From an uncultured Pseudomonadota bacterium (GTDB lineage: Bacteria; Vulcanimicrobiota; Vulcanimicrobiia; Eremiobacterales; Eremiobacteraceae), in NCBI GenBank assembly GCA_963736005.1, contig CAVTNB010000003.1, positions 96,001 through 160,000 of the forward strand: 64,000 nt of DNA, read 5' to 3'. Below, piece after piece: positions 31,569 to 42,313 of the stretch. The notes under the pieces were generated by a model, which saw nothing but the letters and a program-made list of their open reading frames with translations, was not told where the DNA came from and searched no databases. Position numbers and translations under genes: made by a program. How positions within the stretch are numbered: position 1 is the stretch's first letter; the number at the start of each line of letters is the position of its first letter.

Positions 31569-31774
31569 CCAGAGGCTGAACTTCAATTGGAAGAACGCAC
31601 TTGAGGATCGGGTTCGGATTGGCGCCTCCATCGCGTTTGGTTAAACGGGATGAACGCGCGCCCGTTCCAGGCTTCTCGAGCGTGACGCTCGGCATCGGCT
31701 CGCCTACGTCCACGTTCCCTGAGCAAACACAACCAGCAACACTAAGAGAGCGATGCGGAGCGACTTTTGTTCAT
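31569..31774 (-). pseudogene. Collapsed mosaic remnant of a TBDR paralog
   Basis: Four collinear segments match the start, two internal parts and the end of 33410-37048 (manual alignment). Confidence 0.75.
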
Positions 31775-31988
31775 GACATGCTCCCTTTGGGGTCTGATGT
31801 GCCAGAGAAGCTGAAAACCGTGCGCGGCTCCTCTGACGCGTCCGCACGCTAAGCAGAATAAAACATGGCGTGGCCGATTGTCCGGGTCGTGAACGTTTGG
31901 ATTTATTCATGCACATTATGACGAACGGTTACATGGTTAAAAGAGGGCCTGATACGGGGGAGCCGCAAGAATCTTTCAACACGCAACA

Positions 31989-32366
31989 ATGAGAAAGTGT
32001 GCGATGGCGATCGACGGCGATTCATGGCTCCAATATGCGTCAGCTTCCAACTTTCCATCGCTGGAAGCAGGCGAGCTCACCTTGTATCCGGAGTCACACG
32101 AAGTTTTTATTGCACAAAGAAACGTGCGCTGTAACCGCACTCAGTTTCGTTTGCTTGCGAAGTTGCTCTCCGAGTTTTGTAAGACCGTGTCGTACGAACA
32201 AATGATGGAGACACAAGGTCGTCCGCTCAGCACGGGCGAGCACAATCTGCTCAAGGTTGAGATATGCAACTTGCGCCGCCTGCTGCGCAAGCATGGAGCC
32301 CTCTTGGAGATCCGCAACGTGTATGGGCAAGGGTATCAGGCCCGGCCCAGTCGATCCATAGACTGA
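31989..32366 (+). CDS. Stand-alone OmpR/PhoB-type winged-helix DNA-binding protein
   Basis: GELTL.P....V, TQFRLL, LKVEI.NLRR.L, IRNVYGQGY; no receiver domain. Confidence 0.75.
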   Translation: MRKCAMAIDGDSWLQYASASNFPSLEAGELTLYPESHEVFIAQRNVRCNRTQFRLLAKLLSEFCKTVSYEQMMETQGRPLSTGEHNLLKVEICNLRRLLRKHGALLEIRNVYGQGYQARPSRSID

Positions 32367-32487
32367 CTTTCGGAGCGCTTCCCTCCGTTTGTACTCGAAT
32401 TCAGCCGAAGGTGCGAGAAGAGCGAGTCGACGTCGTGATATTGTTCATATTACCGTCGGCGAGCCCCCATGGCTTGCCGACGGCGAG

Positions 32488-32547
32488 CGCGCGAATAAAT
32501 TCGCGCGACTACCTTCCCCGCGAGCGCGAATAAATTCGCGCGACTAC
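32488..32547 (-). repeat. Two direct family B REPs
   Basis: Two copies of GCGCGAATAAATTCGCGCGACTAC; one supplies the TAG of the adjacent ORF. Confidence 0.9.
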
Positions 32548-33251
32548 ATTGACTCGGCGTTGGCGCTAGGTTTCACGTTCGGATTGTGCTCTGCGAATGC
32601 ACCTAGGGGATTTGGCACAAGCCAAATCTCGATATCCCAGATCGCCGGGAATTCGAAAACAAATGCGACATCGTTGACGCTTTTTGCTTTCCCGAGCTTC
32701 ACGACATCTTCTTTGGTCGGATTCGAGAGCGATCCACCGATCTTCGCCATACCCTTTGGACCGACGCCACCAAATTGAATGCCTGAGGCGCTCTTCACTC
32801 CGAAGTGTGCGTGATGTTCGAACGTGAGCCAACGCGATGCCGACATGCCCCAAAGCACAGGCGTTGTTTTCGAATCTGCCGTCGGAATAGAAAAGTCGGC
32901 ACCAATCAACTTGCCGTTGACATCGTACCAGAGCTGGCTCGGGTGCTTGGGATCGCTTTTCCAGTAGCTAGTGTTGACCCAGCTAATCGCGCCGGTATTG
33001 TCCTCGTTTGTGTAGCGGAAGTAGCCGGCGGCTGCGGCTTGCGCGGTTGTTCCAAACCGGTTTTGAAGATCCACGGTGACCGAACTGATGAATTGCTGCT
33101 CGCTCGCCGTCGCGGGCGGAGCGGCAGTTGGAGCCGGGGCAGTGGTTGGCATTGTGGAGGCCGCTCGAGCGGGCCCGAGCGTGGCAGCGGCGCAGCACAA
33201 GAATAGAATGAGGACTGAAAGCTTTAATGTATTCATGCGCGCCGAGTTCAT
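32544..33251 (-). CDS. Hypothetical secreted protein
   Basis: Signal peptide; AAAAGY...DPKHPSQLWY...LIGADF...WL.PNP.GAF...NP. Confidence 0.75.
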   Translation of the reverse strand: MNSARMNTLKLSVLILFLCCAAATLGPARAASTMPTTAPAPTAAPPATASEQQFISSVTVDLQNRFGTTAQAAAAGYFRYTNEDNTGAISWVNTSYWKSDPKHPSQLWYDVNGKLIGADFSIPTADSKTTPVLWGMSASRWLTFEHHAHFGVKSASGIQFGGVGPKGMAKIGGSLSNPTKEDVVKLGKAKSVNDVAFVFEFPAIWDIEIWLVPNPLGAFAEHNPNVKPSANAESM

Positions 33252-33281
33252 CAGGCAGCGATGAAAAGTCCTTCTGTGTTG

Positions 33282-33343
33282 AGCGGACCTAAAGGTCCGC
33301 TGCTACAACGGCCATCAGGTCGCGAATAAATTCGCGACACTAC
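33282..33343 (-). repeat. REP pair (A and B)
   Basis: AGCGGACCTAAAGGTCCGCTGCTAC; GTCGCGAATAAATTCGCGACACTAC. Confidence 0.9.
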
Positions 33344-33352
33344 ATGGTCCAC

Positions 33353-33387
33353 AAAAAGAACGAGGCTCCCGGGATCCAGGAGCCTCG
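33353..33387 (-). terminator. Rho-independent terminator of the TBDR gene
   Basis: CGAGGCTCC...GGAGCCTCG followed by TTCTTTTT on minus strand. Confidence 0.85.
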
Positions 33388-33409
33388 ACGTTGGCGAGAA
33401 CCGCGACTA

Positions 33410-36400
33410 CTAGAGGCTGATCTTCACTTGGAAGACCGCTTGCAGCGGCGCGGCGATGGGGTTCTCCTGGTACGGGTACTGTATCTCGGGTTCGAATGTC
33501 GCACCCGGGTTGTAGATGTTGGCGCCGTACTTCACGGGCGCACTATAGCCAGGCAGCAGGTAGGCTCCGCATACGGCCTTAGTCGCAAGTCGCGTCCACG
33601 GCTCTGCAGTACCACCCGAACAGGAGTTGATGATGTTTGCCGCGCCGATCGTAAAAGTCATCCGCGGCGAAGCAATGTACGAGACTTGGGCGTGCATCAA
33701 GAACTGATTGGGAGCTCTGAACGCGCCCAGGCTGTCGAACTGTTTGGTGAACGGGTCTGGAATCGCTATTCCGAGTCCGTTAGCGGGATTCGTTGCACCG
33801 CAAGTCGTTGCATCGAATGGTGAGCCACCTGGTGCCCCGTACGGGTACCGCGGATCACCCGAGATAGGAGATGCAAGAGTTGCCGTGCACGCTGCCGGGT
33901 TAACTCCGTACCCGCTCAGAGGATCTCCGTAGTAGGTCCCCTCGAAGAACTGGAATTGCGGCGATATAGCCCATTTGTCGTGTTTGAAGTTAAGCACGAG
34001 CGAGGCTACGTTTGGCGTTTCGTAGGATGCCGAAGCAGCCTCGATTCCACCCGGAATCGTGCTGAACGGGATGTAGTTGGCACTTGGATCAAGCGTTGGT
34101 TGCGCCGGAGCATTCCAGTATGGATTTGCTACGTCACCAGCGGCGCAGACCGGGGCGCCAACGCCAGCGGTCGTGTAGCACGGGAACGCGTTGGCATTAC
34201 CAAACGAGCCGCAACGACTTGTCGTGCTGCTGTTTGGCGCCGCACCGTTGCATCCGCTGGTAAACGAGTTGTACTGTTGGATGGAGATGTTGATGGAATC
34301 GAGCACGGTACCACCGTTGCCCAGCTTACTGAAACTGATGTACGAGTGGTTGTAGGTGTAGGCAAGCAGCGCCGAGAGGCCGTTCTCGTTGAAGTTACCG
34401 AGGTTGAGTTGGAATTCAACGCCCTCTCCGGTCTGATTGCCAACATTCAGACCTGAAACGAAATTGGTCTTCTGATCTAGGAAGAAGTTTTGGATTTGGT
34501 TATGGGTCTTGCGATAGTAGGGCGTCAGCTTGAAGCTAGCTTCGGTTCCCGCGAAGTGATGCTCCCACGAAAGATCAAAGTTATCCGATGTGGGGGGATA
34601 GATCGCGTGCGTCGTGGTGTTGAAACCGTACGCGTAGAAGTTCTTGCCGTCATATGACGGTAGGTCTTGGTTCAGCAGGTTGTACTGTTCGAAGGCCGTG
34701 TTCGGAGCCTGGTCGTAACGCCCAGCGCTAAACCGGATCACGTTGTCTTGGTTCGCAGTGAACGTGGCTCCCAAGCGCGGCTGGAAGATATAGAACGTTT
34801 CCGAATCGTTCGGCAGGTTTGTCAACGTCGCCGGAACGCTTTGGATGCCGTTCACTAACGGACACGGTGAGTTTGCTGCAGTATCGTCTGCCACGTTATA
34901 GAACGGCTTGTTTCCACCGCCCGGCAGCGCGCAGTACGAGTTGTTCCACGCGGCAAACCAGAACGGTCGCGCCGCCGTGGCTGCGGTATTGGACAGTTGG
35001 TAGGAGAAGCGGTCTTCTCGCAGGCCCGCATCGATGAACAGTTGGCTCGTGGGCTTCCATTGATCTCGGATGCCAACGTTGGCGAAGTTGGGCTTGGCGT
35101 AGTTGCCGCCACCGATTTGTCCGTTTTCAGCCACAAACCATTCGCACGCTGGGCCGCCGCAGTTTGGCGCGGGCAGAGGAGCCCCCGCGAGTGCTTGCCC
35201 TAATGTAAAGGTCTGCGCAAATGCGGAGTGACAGCTAATCGCGGTCCCGGCCGGGGGTGCGCCTGCGGACCCGTTCGAGTAGCAGATGCCCGCTGTTGGA
35301 TTGGCCGAGCTGGTCGCATACGCGAAGTTGCTTAGTCCTTCGAGTTGGTTGATCATCGTGACATCGTTTGCACGATAGTCGATGCCAGCGATATCATTGA
35401 GATCGAAGGTTATGAGGTTCTTGTCATTGATCTGGTCTCCGTACGAAAGGGAACCGCCTTGCTGATTCTGTCGTACGTAGTAGTTGAGTGGGCAGTAGCC
35501 TACGAAATTTGTGTCCAGGGTAATTGGACACGTCTGCGGCCACTCCGAATAATCGGAGAACCCGTAAACTCGTAGGTACGCGGACGAACCGATGTTGTGC
35601 TGGTATTGCGCCTTGATGATCGAGTTGGGATTGGCCGTACCATCACGCTGGTTGAACGGGATGAACGCCGGACCGTTCGCAATGCTGTTTGGGTTGTACG
35701 CGAAATAGACTGGGTGGGTCATCGCTTGGTAGTTTGACGCTAGCGGAGCCCCGACGGCGCCGAGATATTGGATGCCCAAGCCGAAGTTACCAGCGAAGTA
35801 TTGATAGTTTTGGCTACCATTGAGCGCTGCAAAGGCTGGGTCGCTGAATCCCCAGTCGCTCGCAGAGCTGTAGTACTTGTTGTTCAGGTATGACACATCG
35901 TAGAGCAACTGAATATCATCTTTTCCGCTGTCATTACGGTGCGGCAACCCGAAGTGCAGGTTGACCAGGTTCTCCCGGTCATAGACGTTCGACACGTCCA
36001 CGGCGTCGATCGGCGGTGCCAAGGCTAGACCGCCCGGACCGATGCCCGACGCGTAGCAACTGCGGAAATTAAGATTCGTCGCATTTCCAGGGCAAGGGAG
36101 GTTCGCAAATGGCGTGCCAAACGTGCTCTGGTAGCTCGCGCCGTTGTTTTGGTCGATGTAACGGAAATCTTGAGCCGTATTGGTGCTCGCAATGTAGTAC
36201 GAGAAGTTCCGATCCGGAGTGGCTCCGCCAACTTCGATGCTCCCCGAGTTGTACAGCGTTGGCGCGCCGATACCCAGCGACAGGTTGGAGAACCCGGGAT
36301 ACGTTCCGGCCTTGATGACCTGATTGATGTACCCGGCCAATCCCTGGCCTTGAGAGTCGGTGGGAGCTGCGCCGGTGTAGACTTGCAGTTCCTGTTGACC

Positions 36401-37048
36401 GAGTGTTGATGCGGTCGTTGTCGGATAGTTATCGTACGAACGCAGTACAGGTACGCCGTCGAATTCGTAGCCTACCTGATCGTAGTCGCCACCGCGGATA
36501 TGGATGGTTTGAAACCAACCCATCTGACCAGGCGGGACCACGACGCCGGGCGTCGATGCGAGCGCCGAATACGCTTGGTTGAGGCTTCCGCCGCCGCCAA
36601 GATTTGCGACTTTCGCCTGTACCGTCGGGTTGATTGAATACACGTCTGAAGTCGTGCCAGGCTTCACAAGCTCGCCGACCGCACGCGTGGTAACTACACC
36701 AAGCGTTTTGACCGCTTGGGTCGTTATCGTGATCGTTCGTGTGTTATCGGCGAGGACGGTGATACCCGAACGGGTGATGGTCGTATAACCTTCCTTTGCG
36801 GCCGTGACCGTGTACGTGTCAGGGATAAGGGAAACGAACGCAAAGTGTCCAGCTGTGTCCGATTTCGTTGAATTCGCTTCGGATGGGGCTGTTACGCTGA
36901 CGGTTGCGTCAGCGACAGGCGCGCCGGTATCGACAAGGACATAACCGGTAAGCGCTCCAGTTGTGCTCGCTGCCAATGCCCATGTTCCTTGACAGACCAC
37001 AACTAGGGCCGCCAGTATGCCGGCGCGACCTAGGAGTTTTAGTAACAT
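33410..37048 (-). CDS. TonB-dependent receptor-like outer-membrane protein with N-terminal carboxypeptidase-regulatory-like domain
   Basis: Signal peptide, TTG.LTG.V...G.PVADA.V, plug-like IRGG....GYEFDGVP, FQPRLG, alternating C-terminal strand FQVKISL; 1212 aa. Confidence 0.85.
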   Translation of the reverse strand: MLLKLLGRAGILAALVVVCQGTWALAASTTGALTGYVLVDTGAPVADATVSVTAPSEANSTKSDTAGHFAFVSLIPDTYTVTAAKEGYTTITRSGITVLADNTRTITITTQAVKTLGVVTTRAVGELVKPGTTSDVYSINPTVQAKVANLGGGGSLNQAYSALASTPGVVVPPGQMGWFQTIHIRGGDYDQVGYEFDGVPVLRSYDNYPTTTASTLGQQELQVYTGAAPTDSQGQGLAGYINQVIKAGTYPGFSNLSLGIGAPTLYNSGSIEVGGATPDRNFSYYIASTNTAQDFRYIDQNNGASYQSTFGTPFANLPCPGNATNLNFRSCYASGIGPGGLALAPPIDAVDVSNVYDRENLVNLHFGLPHRNDSGKDDIQLLYDVSYLNNKYYSSASDWGFSDPAFAALNGSQNYQYFAGNFGLGIQYLGAVGAPLASNYQAMTHPVYFAYNPNSIANGPAFIPFNQRDGTANPNSIIKAQYQHNIGSSAYLRVYGFSDYSEWPQTCPITLDTNFVGYCPLNYYVRQNQQGGSLSYGDQINDKNLITFDLNDIAGIDYRANDVTMINQLEGLSNFAYATSSANPTAGICYSNGSAGAPPAGTAISCHSAFAQTFTLGQALAGAPLPAPNCGGPACEWFVAENGQIGGGNYAKPNFANVGIRDQWKPTSQLFIDAGLREDRFSYQLSNTAATAARPFWFAAWNNSYCALPGGGNKPFYNVADDTAANSPCPLVNGIQSVPATLTNLPNDSETFYIFQPRLGATFTANQDNVIRFSAGRYDQAPNTAFEQYNLLNQDLPSYDGKNFYAYGFNTTTHAIYPPTSDNFDLSWEHHFAGTEASFKLTPYYRKTHNQIQNFFLDQKTNFVSGLNVGNQTGEGVEFQLNLGNFNENGLSALLAYTYNHSYISFSKLGNGGTVLDSINISIQQYNSFTSGCNGAAPNSSTTSRCGSFGNANAFPCYTTAGVGAPVCAAGDVANPYWNAPAQPTLDPSANYIPFSTIPGGIEAASASYETPNVASLVLNFKHDKWAISPQFQFFEGTYYGDPLSGYGVNPAACTATLASPISGDPRYPYGAPGGSPFDATTCGATNPANGLGIAIPDPFTKQFDSLGAFRAPNQFLMHAQVSYIASPRMTFTIGAANIINSCSGGTAEPWTRLATKAVCGAYLLPGYSAPVKYGANIYNPGATFEPEIQYPYQENPIAAPLQAVFQVKISL

Positions 37049-37204
37049 TTCTGACCCTTTCTGAAGACAGTGGAACTTCGAATATGCCACGTCTAAAGTG
37101 CGAACACCCCAGGGCGCTCAAAGGCCCTGCGGTTTATCGCGGGTCATTAATTCTAAATTAACGCTACCATAATCCTCTGTCCCGCGAATCTTTTAAGGAC
37201 AGAT

Positions 37205-37732
37205 CTAGAGCGCTTCGACCGTGATTTCGCCGTTCGTGTAGATGCAGATCGTGGCCGCGATGGATAGGGCTTCTCGGGCGATTTCTTCAGCTTTGAGCTG
37301 CGTATGCCGTAGGAGAGCCGCGGCGGCAGCTTGGGCATATGGCCCTCCGCTGCCGATGGCCGCGACATTGTCATCGGGCTCCACCACGTCGCCCGTTCCC
37401 GACAGGACGAAGAGATGCTCTGAGTCCCCCACGATGAGGAGCGCTTCGAGCCGCCGCAGGTAGCGATCGGTGCGCCACTCCTTGGCAAGCTCCACTGCGG
37501 CCCGCGTGAGGTTGCCTCGGAACTCGGAAAGCTTGCTTTCGAACTTGTCGAGCAGCGTGATACCGTCGGCTGCCGATCCAGCAAATCCGGCGAGCACCTT
37601 GCCGTCGCCGATGCGGCGAACCTTGCGCGCTTTGTGCTTCATCACCGTCTTGTCAAACGTCACTTGGCCATCGCCGGCGATGGCAAGATGACCGTCGCGC
37701 AGCACTGCGCAAATAGTTGTCGAGTGCATCAT
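37205..37732 (-). CDS. hslV: ATP-dependent protease peptidase subunit HslV
   Basis: [45 protein letters not shown]. Confidence 0.97.
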   Translation of the reverse strand: MMHSTTICAVLRDGHLAIAGDGQVTFDKTVMKHKARKVRRIGDGKVLAGFAGSAADGITLLDKFESKLSEFRGNLTRAAVELAKEWRTDRYLRRLEALLIVGDSEHLFVLSGTGDVVEPDDNVAAIGSGGPYAQAAAAALLRHTQLKAEEIAREALSIAATICIYTNGEITVEAL

Positions 37733-39138
37733 GAGACAAGGTCCTTTGCGACATGGGCGACTTGACAGTCGCCCGCTACAAGGTCGCCCACAATCTTGTC
37801 GACTTCGCAGAGTGCCCGTTGCGCGAGTTGCCGGCGGCGCTCTCGCTTATCACGAACTTTCTTGGGCAGCGGTGCCATATAAGCGAAAGAAACACTTTGT
37901 GGCTGGAAGTCTGCGCTCGTGTCATCGCGCAAGTACGCTAGGAGGCTACCGAGCGCAGTCGTCGGCGGTGGCAAGAACATTTCACCTTGCCCACTGAGGC
38001 GACGGCATGCGTTGTGTGCGGCGAGCATGCCCGTGGCCGCGGCTTCGACATAGCCTTCGCACCCACTGATCTGGCCGGCGAGAAATACATTGTGCGCATT
38101 GCGCAGCGAGAGATCTGCGTTGAGAACACGAGGCGCATCCACAAACGTGTTGCGATGCATCACTCCTAGTCTGAGCCATTCGGCGTTTGCAAGACCTGGG
38201 AGTTTCCCGAAGGTGGACTTTTGGGCGGGCCATGTGAGGCGTGTTTGAAAGCCGACCATATTGTAGGCCGTGCCGGCTGCGTTTTCGCGGCGCAGTTGAA
38301 CGACGGCGTAGGGGCGTGAAGGGGCGATTTGCCAATCGCCCCCTACGGGTTCGGCGAGTTGCGGAGCGTGCAGACCAACGGGCTTTAAGGGGCCGAAGCG
38401 GAGCGTGTCGGCTCCGCGGCGCGCCATTTCTTCTACCGGTAAGCAACCCTCGAAATACGGCATGGTCTCTTGTGTGGGTTCGTCTACGACCCCATGTGGT
38501 TGTGCCTTCGGACTCGTCACGAGATCCTGGACTAATTGAAGATATTGCTGCTCGTCCAACGGGATGTTCAGATAGTCCTCGCCGCCCTTACCATAGCGCG
38601 ATGCAGCGAAGACGCAAGAGCGATCGATCGAGTCTGCGCTTACAATGGGAGACGCGGCATCGAAATAGTGCAGATGGGGTTTGCCACACAATTGCGCGAG
38701 CGCCGCGGCCAGCGCGGGCGAGGCGAGCGGCCCGCACGCAACGATAACAGGATCGGAAAACTCGAGTGCTTGCACTTCCTCCCGTCGTACTTCGATCAGC
38801 GGATGACCGAGCAAGCGCTCTTCAACATAACGAGAGAATCTCTCGCGATCGACCGCCAATGCTCCGCCTGCGGGAACGGCTGTCGCGCGCGCCGCCGTCA
38901 CGATGAGCGAACCAAGCCGAGCCATCTCTTCCTTGAGCAACCCAACCGCGTTTTCCAGCGAGGTGGAACGCAAGCTATTGCTGCACACGAGTTCGGCGAA
39001 ATTGGCGGTTCGGTGCGCACCCGTGCTGACGTGCGGGCGCATTTCGTATAAGGTCACCGGGGCGCCGAGTTGCGCCGCCTGCCATGCAGCTTCGCAGCCG
39101 GCAAGCCCGCCCCCGATGATTCGCAGCCGATCCATCAT
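37729..39138 (-). CDS. trmFO: Folate/FAD-dependent tRNA m5U54 methyltransferase TrmFO
   Basis: [58 protein letters not shown]. Confidence 0.95.
   Translation of the reverse strand: MMDRLRIIGGGLAGCEAAWQAAQLGAPVTLYEMRPHVSTGAHRTANFAELVCSNSLRSTSLENAVGLLKEEMARLGSLIVTAARATAVPAGGALAVDRERFSRYVEERLLGHPLIEVRREEVQALEFSDPVIVACGPLASPALAAALAQLCGKPHLHYFDAASPIVSADSIDRSCVFAASRYGKGGEDYLNIPLDEQQYLQLVQDLVTSPKAQPHGVVDEPTQETMPYFEGCLPVEEMARRGADTLRFGPLKPVGLHAPQLAEPVGGDWQIAPSRPYAVVQLRRENAAGTAYNMVGFQTRLTWPAQKSTFGKLPGLANAEWLRLGVMHRNTFVDAPRVLNADLSLRNAHNVFLAGQISGCEGYVEAAATGMLAAHNACRRLSGQGEMFLPPPTTALGSLLAYLRDDTSADFQPQSVSFAYMAPLPKKVRDKRERRRQLAQRALCEVDKIVGDLVAGDCQVAHVAKDLVS
37755..37779 (-). repeat. Family C REP inside the trmFO 3' end
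   Basis: GTAGCGGGCGACTGTCAAGTCGCCC, identical to 30283-30307; encodes VAGDCQVA. Confidence 0.9.
38322..38346 (-). repeat. Family C REP variant inside trmFO, in frame
   Basis: GTAGGGGGCGATTGGCAAATCGCCC, encoding VGGDWQIA. Confidence 0.8.
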
Positions 39139-41352
39139 GCGCTGCGTTTTTGGCTTTGCTCTTCTTCCCTTTCCGGGGAGATGATGATTCCGCTCGCCTG
39201 CCCGTTGGGTGAGGTCACGGCCTCGACAAAACCATGCTCGTGGCTCCCGTCGACCGGGCAAACGATCTTACCCTCCGCCCGCCCATGCTTGCGGACGAGG
39301 AAAGAACCGCAGATGGCGCAGGCCGAACCGACGATTGGCGTATCCCAGGCAACAAACGTACACTCCGGATACTTCTCGCAGCCATAAAACACGCGGCCAC
39401 GCTTGCTTCGGCGCTCCAAGATTCGGCCGCCGTCGCGCGGGCAGATAACGCCGGAATCTTTGATAATTGGTCGCGTGGTCTTGCACTCCGGGTATCCCGA
39501 GCAGGCAAGGAACTTGCCAAAACGACCCGTCTTGATCTTCATTGGGCGCCCGCAGGTTGGACACACCTCGTCGGTCTCGTCTTCTACGAGCTCGACTTTT
39601 GGGAACAACTCTTCGGCAAGCTTGAGATCTGCCGCGAAGGGTCCGTAAAACGTGCGCAGCAAGGACACCCAATCGTCGTGAGCCTCCTCGACACGATCCA
39701 AACGCCGCTCCATCTCAGACGTAAAGTTGGCGTCGACAATCTCCTTGAAATGCTTCTCCAACAAGTCAGTGACGACAAAGCCAATCTCTTGCGGCACAAA
39801 GCGGCGTTCCATCAAGCGCACGTAGCCGCGTCCTTGTATGGTCTCGACGATGGTCGCGTAGGTGCTGGGACGTCCGATCCCTTTTTCTTCAAGCGCCTTG
39901 ACCAAGCTGGCTTCGGTGAAGCGTGGTGGCGGTTGCGTCTCGTGCTGTTCTGGGGTCACCTTGCGGGGGTCGAGGGCTTGACCTTCCTCCACGGCCGGTA
40001 GTTGCTTGCGTCGCTCCTCTTCTTCCGACGTATCCTCATCGCGAGTTTCTTCATAGATTGCGGTGTAGCCGGCAAACTTGAGCACGCTGCCAGTAGCGCG
40101 GAAGGCGCAATCGCCGGCAGTGATGTCGATGGTGGTCTGGTCGTACACTGCCGGTGACATCTGGCTAGCTACGAATCGTTCCCAGATGAGCTTATAAACC
40201 TTGAGCTGCGCTGCGTCCAGATACTGCGCCATGCTTTCAGGGGTTCGATTGACGTCGGTGGGTCGAATCGCTTCGTGAGCATCCTGCGCTGTCTCTGACA
40301 CTTTGTACTGGCGACCGCCGTGGAATTCCGCGCCGAAACGACCAATGATGTAGTCGCGCGCCATGCTCTGCGCCGTTTCCGAAAGCCGCGTTGAGTCCGT
40401 GCGCATATAGGTGATGAGACCGACCGTTCCGTCACCCGTGTCGACCCCTTCGTAGAGTCCTTGCGCCAGTTGCATCGTCTTACGCACGCGCATCTTCAGT
40501 CTACGTGACGCCTCTTGCTGCAGCGTGCTCGTGGTAAACGGACTGCGTGGAAAATCACGCCGCTCGGAGCGCTTGATGCCGGTAATCGAAAAGTGGGTTG
40601 TCTTCAAACGCTCGGCGAGCGCGTGCGCATCGTCGCTGGTTGTGACGTACATGCTCTTTTGGCCGACGGCGGCAGCCACGTCGGCGGGAACATTTGATTT
40701 CTTGCCTGCGACCGACACGAGATCCGCCACGAATGTATGTAAAGCATCGTGGTGCCCGTGCGGCCACAACGGTCGCGGAGACGGTCCAGTACTCGTGTTT
40801 GCGGAAGGCGGCGATTTCGCGTTCGCGATCGACAATAAGTTTCACCGCGACCGACTGCACGCGTCCAGCTGAGAGCCCGCCTCGAACCTTGCGCCACAGC
40901 AGCGGTGAAATCTGATAGCCGACAAGCCGATCCAGGATTCGACGCGCCTGCTGCGCATTGACTCGATCGGCGTTGATTGGGCTTGGGTTTTTCAGTGCTT
41001 CTTGGGCGGCGTGTTTGGTTATTTCATGGAGCTCAATGCGCTTGGGTTCCTGGAGTTTGAGCAGCTCCGCGAGATGCCAGGCGATGGCTTCCCCTTCGCG
41101 GTCGGGATCGGTGGCAAGATAGACATGAGTCGCCTTTTTGGCTGCGCTGCGCAACTCTTTGATGACGTCGCCCTTGCCTTTGATGGTCACATAGGAGGGC
41201 GTGAAGTCATGCTCGATATCGACGCCGAGGCGGCTCTTGGGAAGATCGCGGACGTGTCCGACCGACGCGAGTACTTGATATCGGGAGCCGAGGAATTTTT
41301 TGAGGGTACGGGCTTTCGCCGGTGACTCCACTATGATGAGGGACTTTGACAA
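39135..41352 (-). CDS. topA: DNA topoisomerase I, apparent +1 frameshift near 40768
   Basis: [28 protein letters not shown] in one frame; [36 protein letters not shown] and zinc ribbons in the next. Confidence 0.93.
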
Positions 41353-41432
41353 ACTGGCCTTTCCGCATGAACCGCGTCGATTGAGCTCGACCGCTGCTCG
41401 GGACACCGTCCCCGATGGTTCAAACGTCCCCT

Positions 41433-41461
41433 ACTATACACTAGAGCGTCAAGGGTGTCAA
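41433..41461 (-). promoter_or_regulatory. Sigma70-type promoter of topA
   Basis: TTGACA-N17-TATAGT on minus strand. Confidence 0.7.
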
Positions 41462-41497
41462 AAGCGGGACATATTTTATAGGGATTTGCAGACCTAG

Positions 41498-41808
41498 ATG
41501 TAGCAGCGGACCTTTAGGTCCGCTCTGGCGCAACTTGTATGTAGCAGCGGACCTTTAGGTCCGCTCTGGCGCAACTTGTATGTAGCAGCGGATCTTTAGG
41601 TCCGCTCTGGCGCAACTTGTATGTAGCAGCGGACCTTTAGGTCCGCTCTGGCTGCGACTTGTATGTAGCAGCGGATCTTTAGGTCCGCTCTGGCGCAACT
41701 TGTATGTAGCAGCGGATCTTTAGGTCCGCTCTGGCGCAACTTGTATGTAGCAGCGGATCTTTAGGTCTGCTCTGGCGCAACTTGTATGTAGCAGCGGATA
41801 TTTAGGTC
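41498..41808 (+). repeat. Tandem array of family A REP, 41-bp unit, seven full copies plus one partial
   Basis: ATGTAGCAGCGGA(C/T)CTTTAGGTCCGCTCTGGCGCAACTTGT repeated with near-identical linkers. Confidence 0.95.
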
Positions 41809-41812
41809 TCCC

Positions 41813-42274
41813 TTAGCACCAAGGGTCCGGCGCGCCCGAAAATTGGTACTCTTGCGCTTCAGTCACCAAACCAGCTCGAACTGGATTCAATCTGATGTAG
41901 CGCGCAAAGTCGTGAGCATCTTCATAATCCCTCTTGATCCGCTCGTGGAAACCTCGCATCCATGAAACATCCGCGTGAGGTTTTGCATAGTGCCTGATTC
42001 CAGACTTAATCACTGCAACGAGCATGTCCAACCGAGTGCTGCCTAGGCGAAGCTTGAGCAGCAGGTGGATGTGATCAGGCATTATGCAATATGCATACAG
42101 GTAGTAGCGACCAGCCTGCCGATATCGCATGATCACGCCTTTCGCGATTTCGGCGATTTTCGGATCAGCGAAGGCCGGCGCGCGGTTTTTGGTACACATC
42201 GTTATGAAGTATGTGCGCTCCGCGCAATAGTCAAAGCCTTTCAGTCTTGGTGGCCGCATGGTAAAGCGATTCAT
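41813..42274 (-). mobile_element. REP-associated tyrosine transposase (RAYT/TnpA-REP, IS200-like Y1 HUH)
   Basis: RLKGFDY, TYFIT.CT..R, YCIMPDHIHLL (HUH), W.RGFHER, YIRLNPVRAGL (catalytic Tyr), flanked by inward-facing REPs. Confidence 0.9.
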
Positions 42275-42313
42275 GGTGTCGCAATATCACGCGCGGTCAT
42301 CGCAAAAACAATA

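Noticed and set aside
39135..41352. Split topA or programmed frameshift
   Set aside because: One extra base with no slippery run; the same error pattern occurs in several unrelated genes.
41498..41808. CRISPR array
   Set aside because: The inter-hairpin segments are short and essentially identical, not unique spacers. No cas genes are present and the repeat is a dispersed REP next to a RAYT.
41813..42274. IS200/IS605 element with TnpB or IscB RNA-guided nuclease
   Set aside because: No tnpB or iscB ORF is adjacent. The flanks are multi-copy GTAG REPs.
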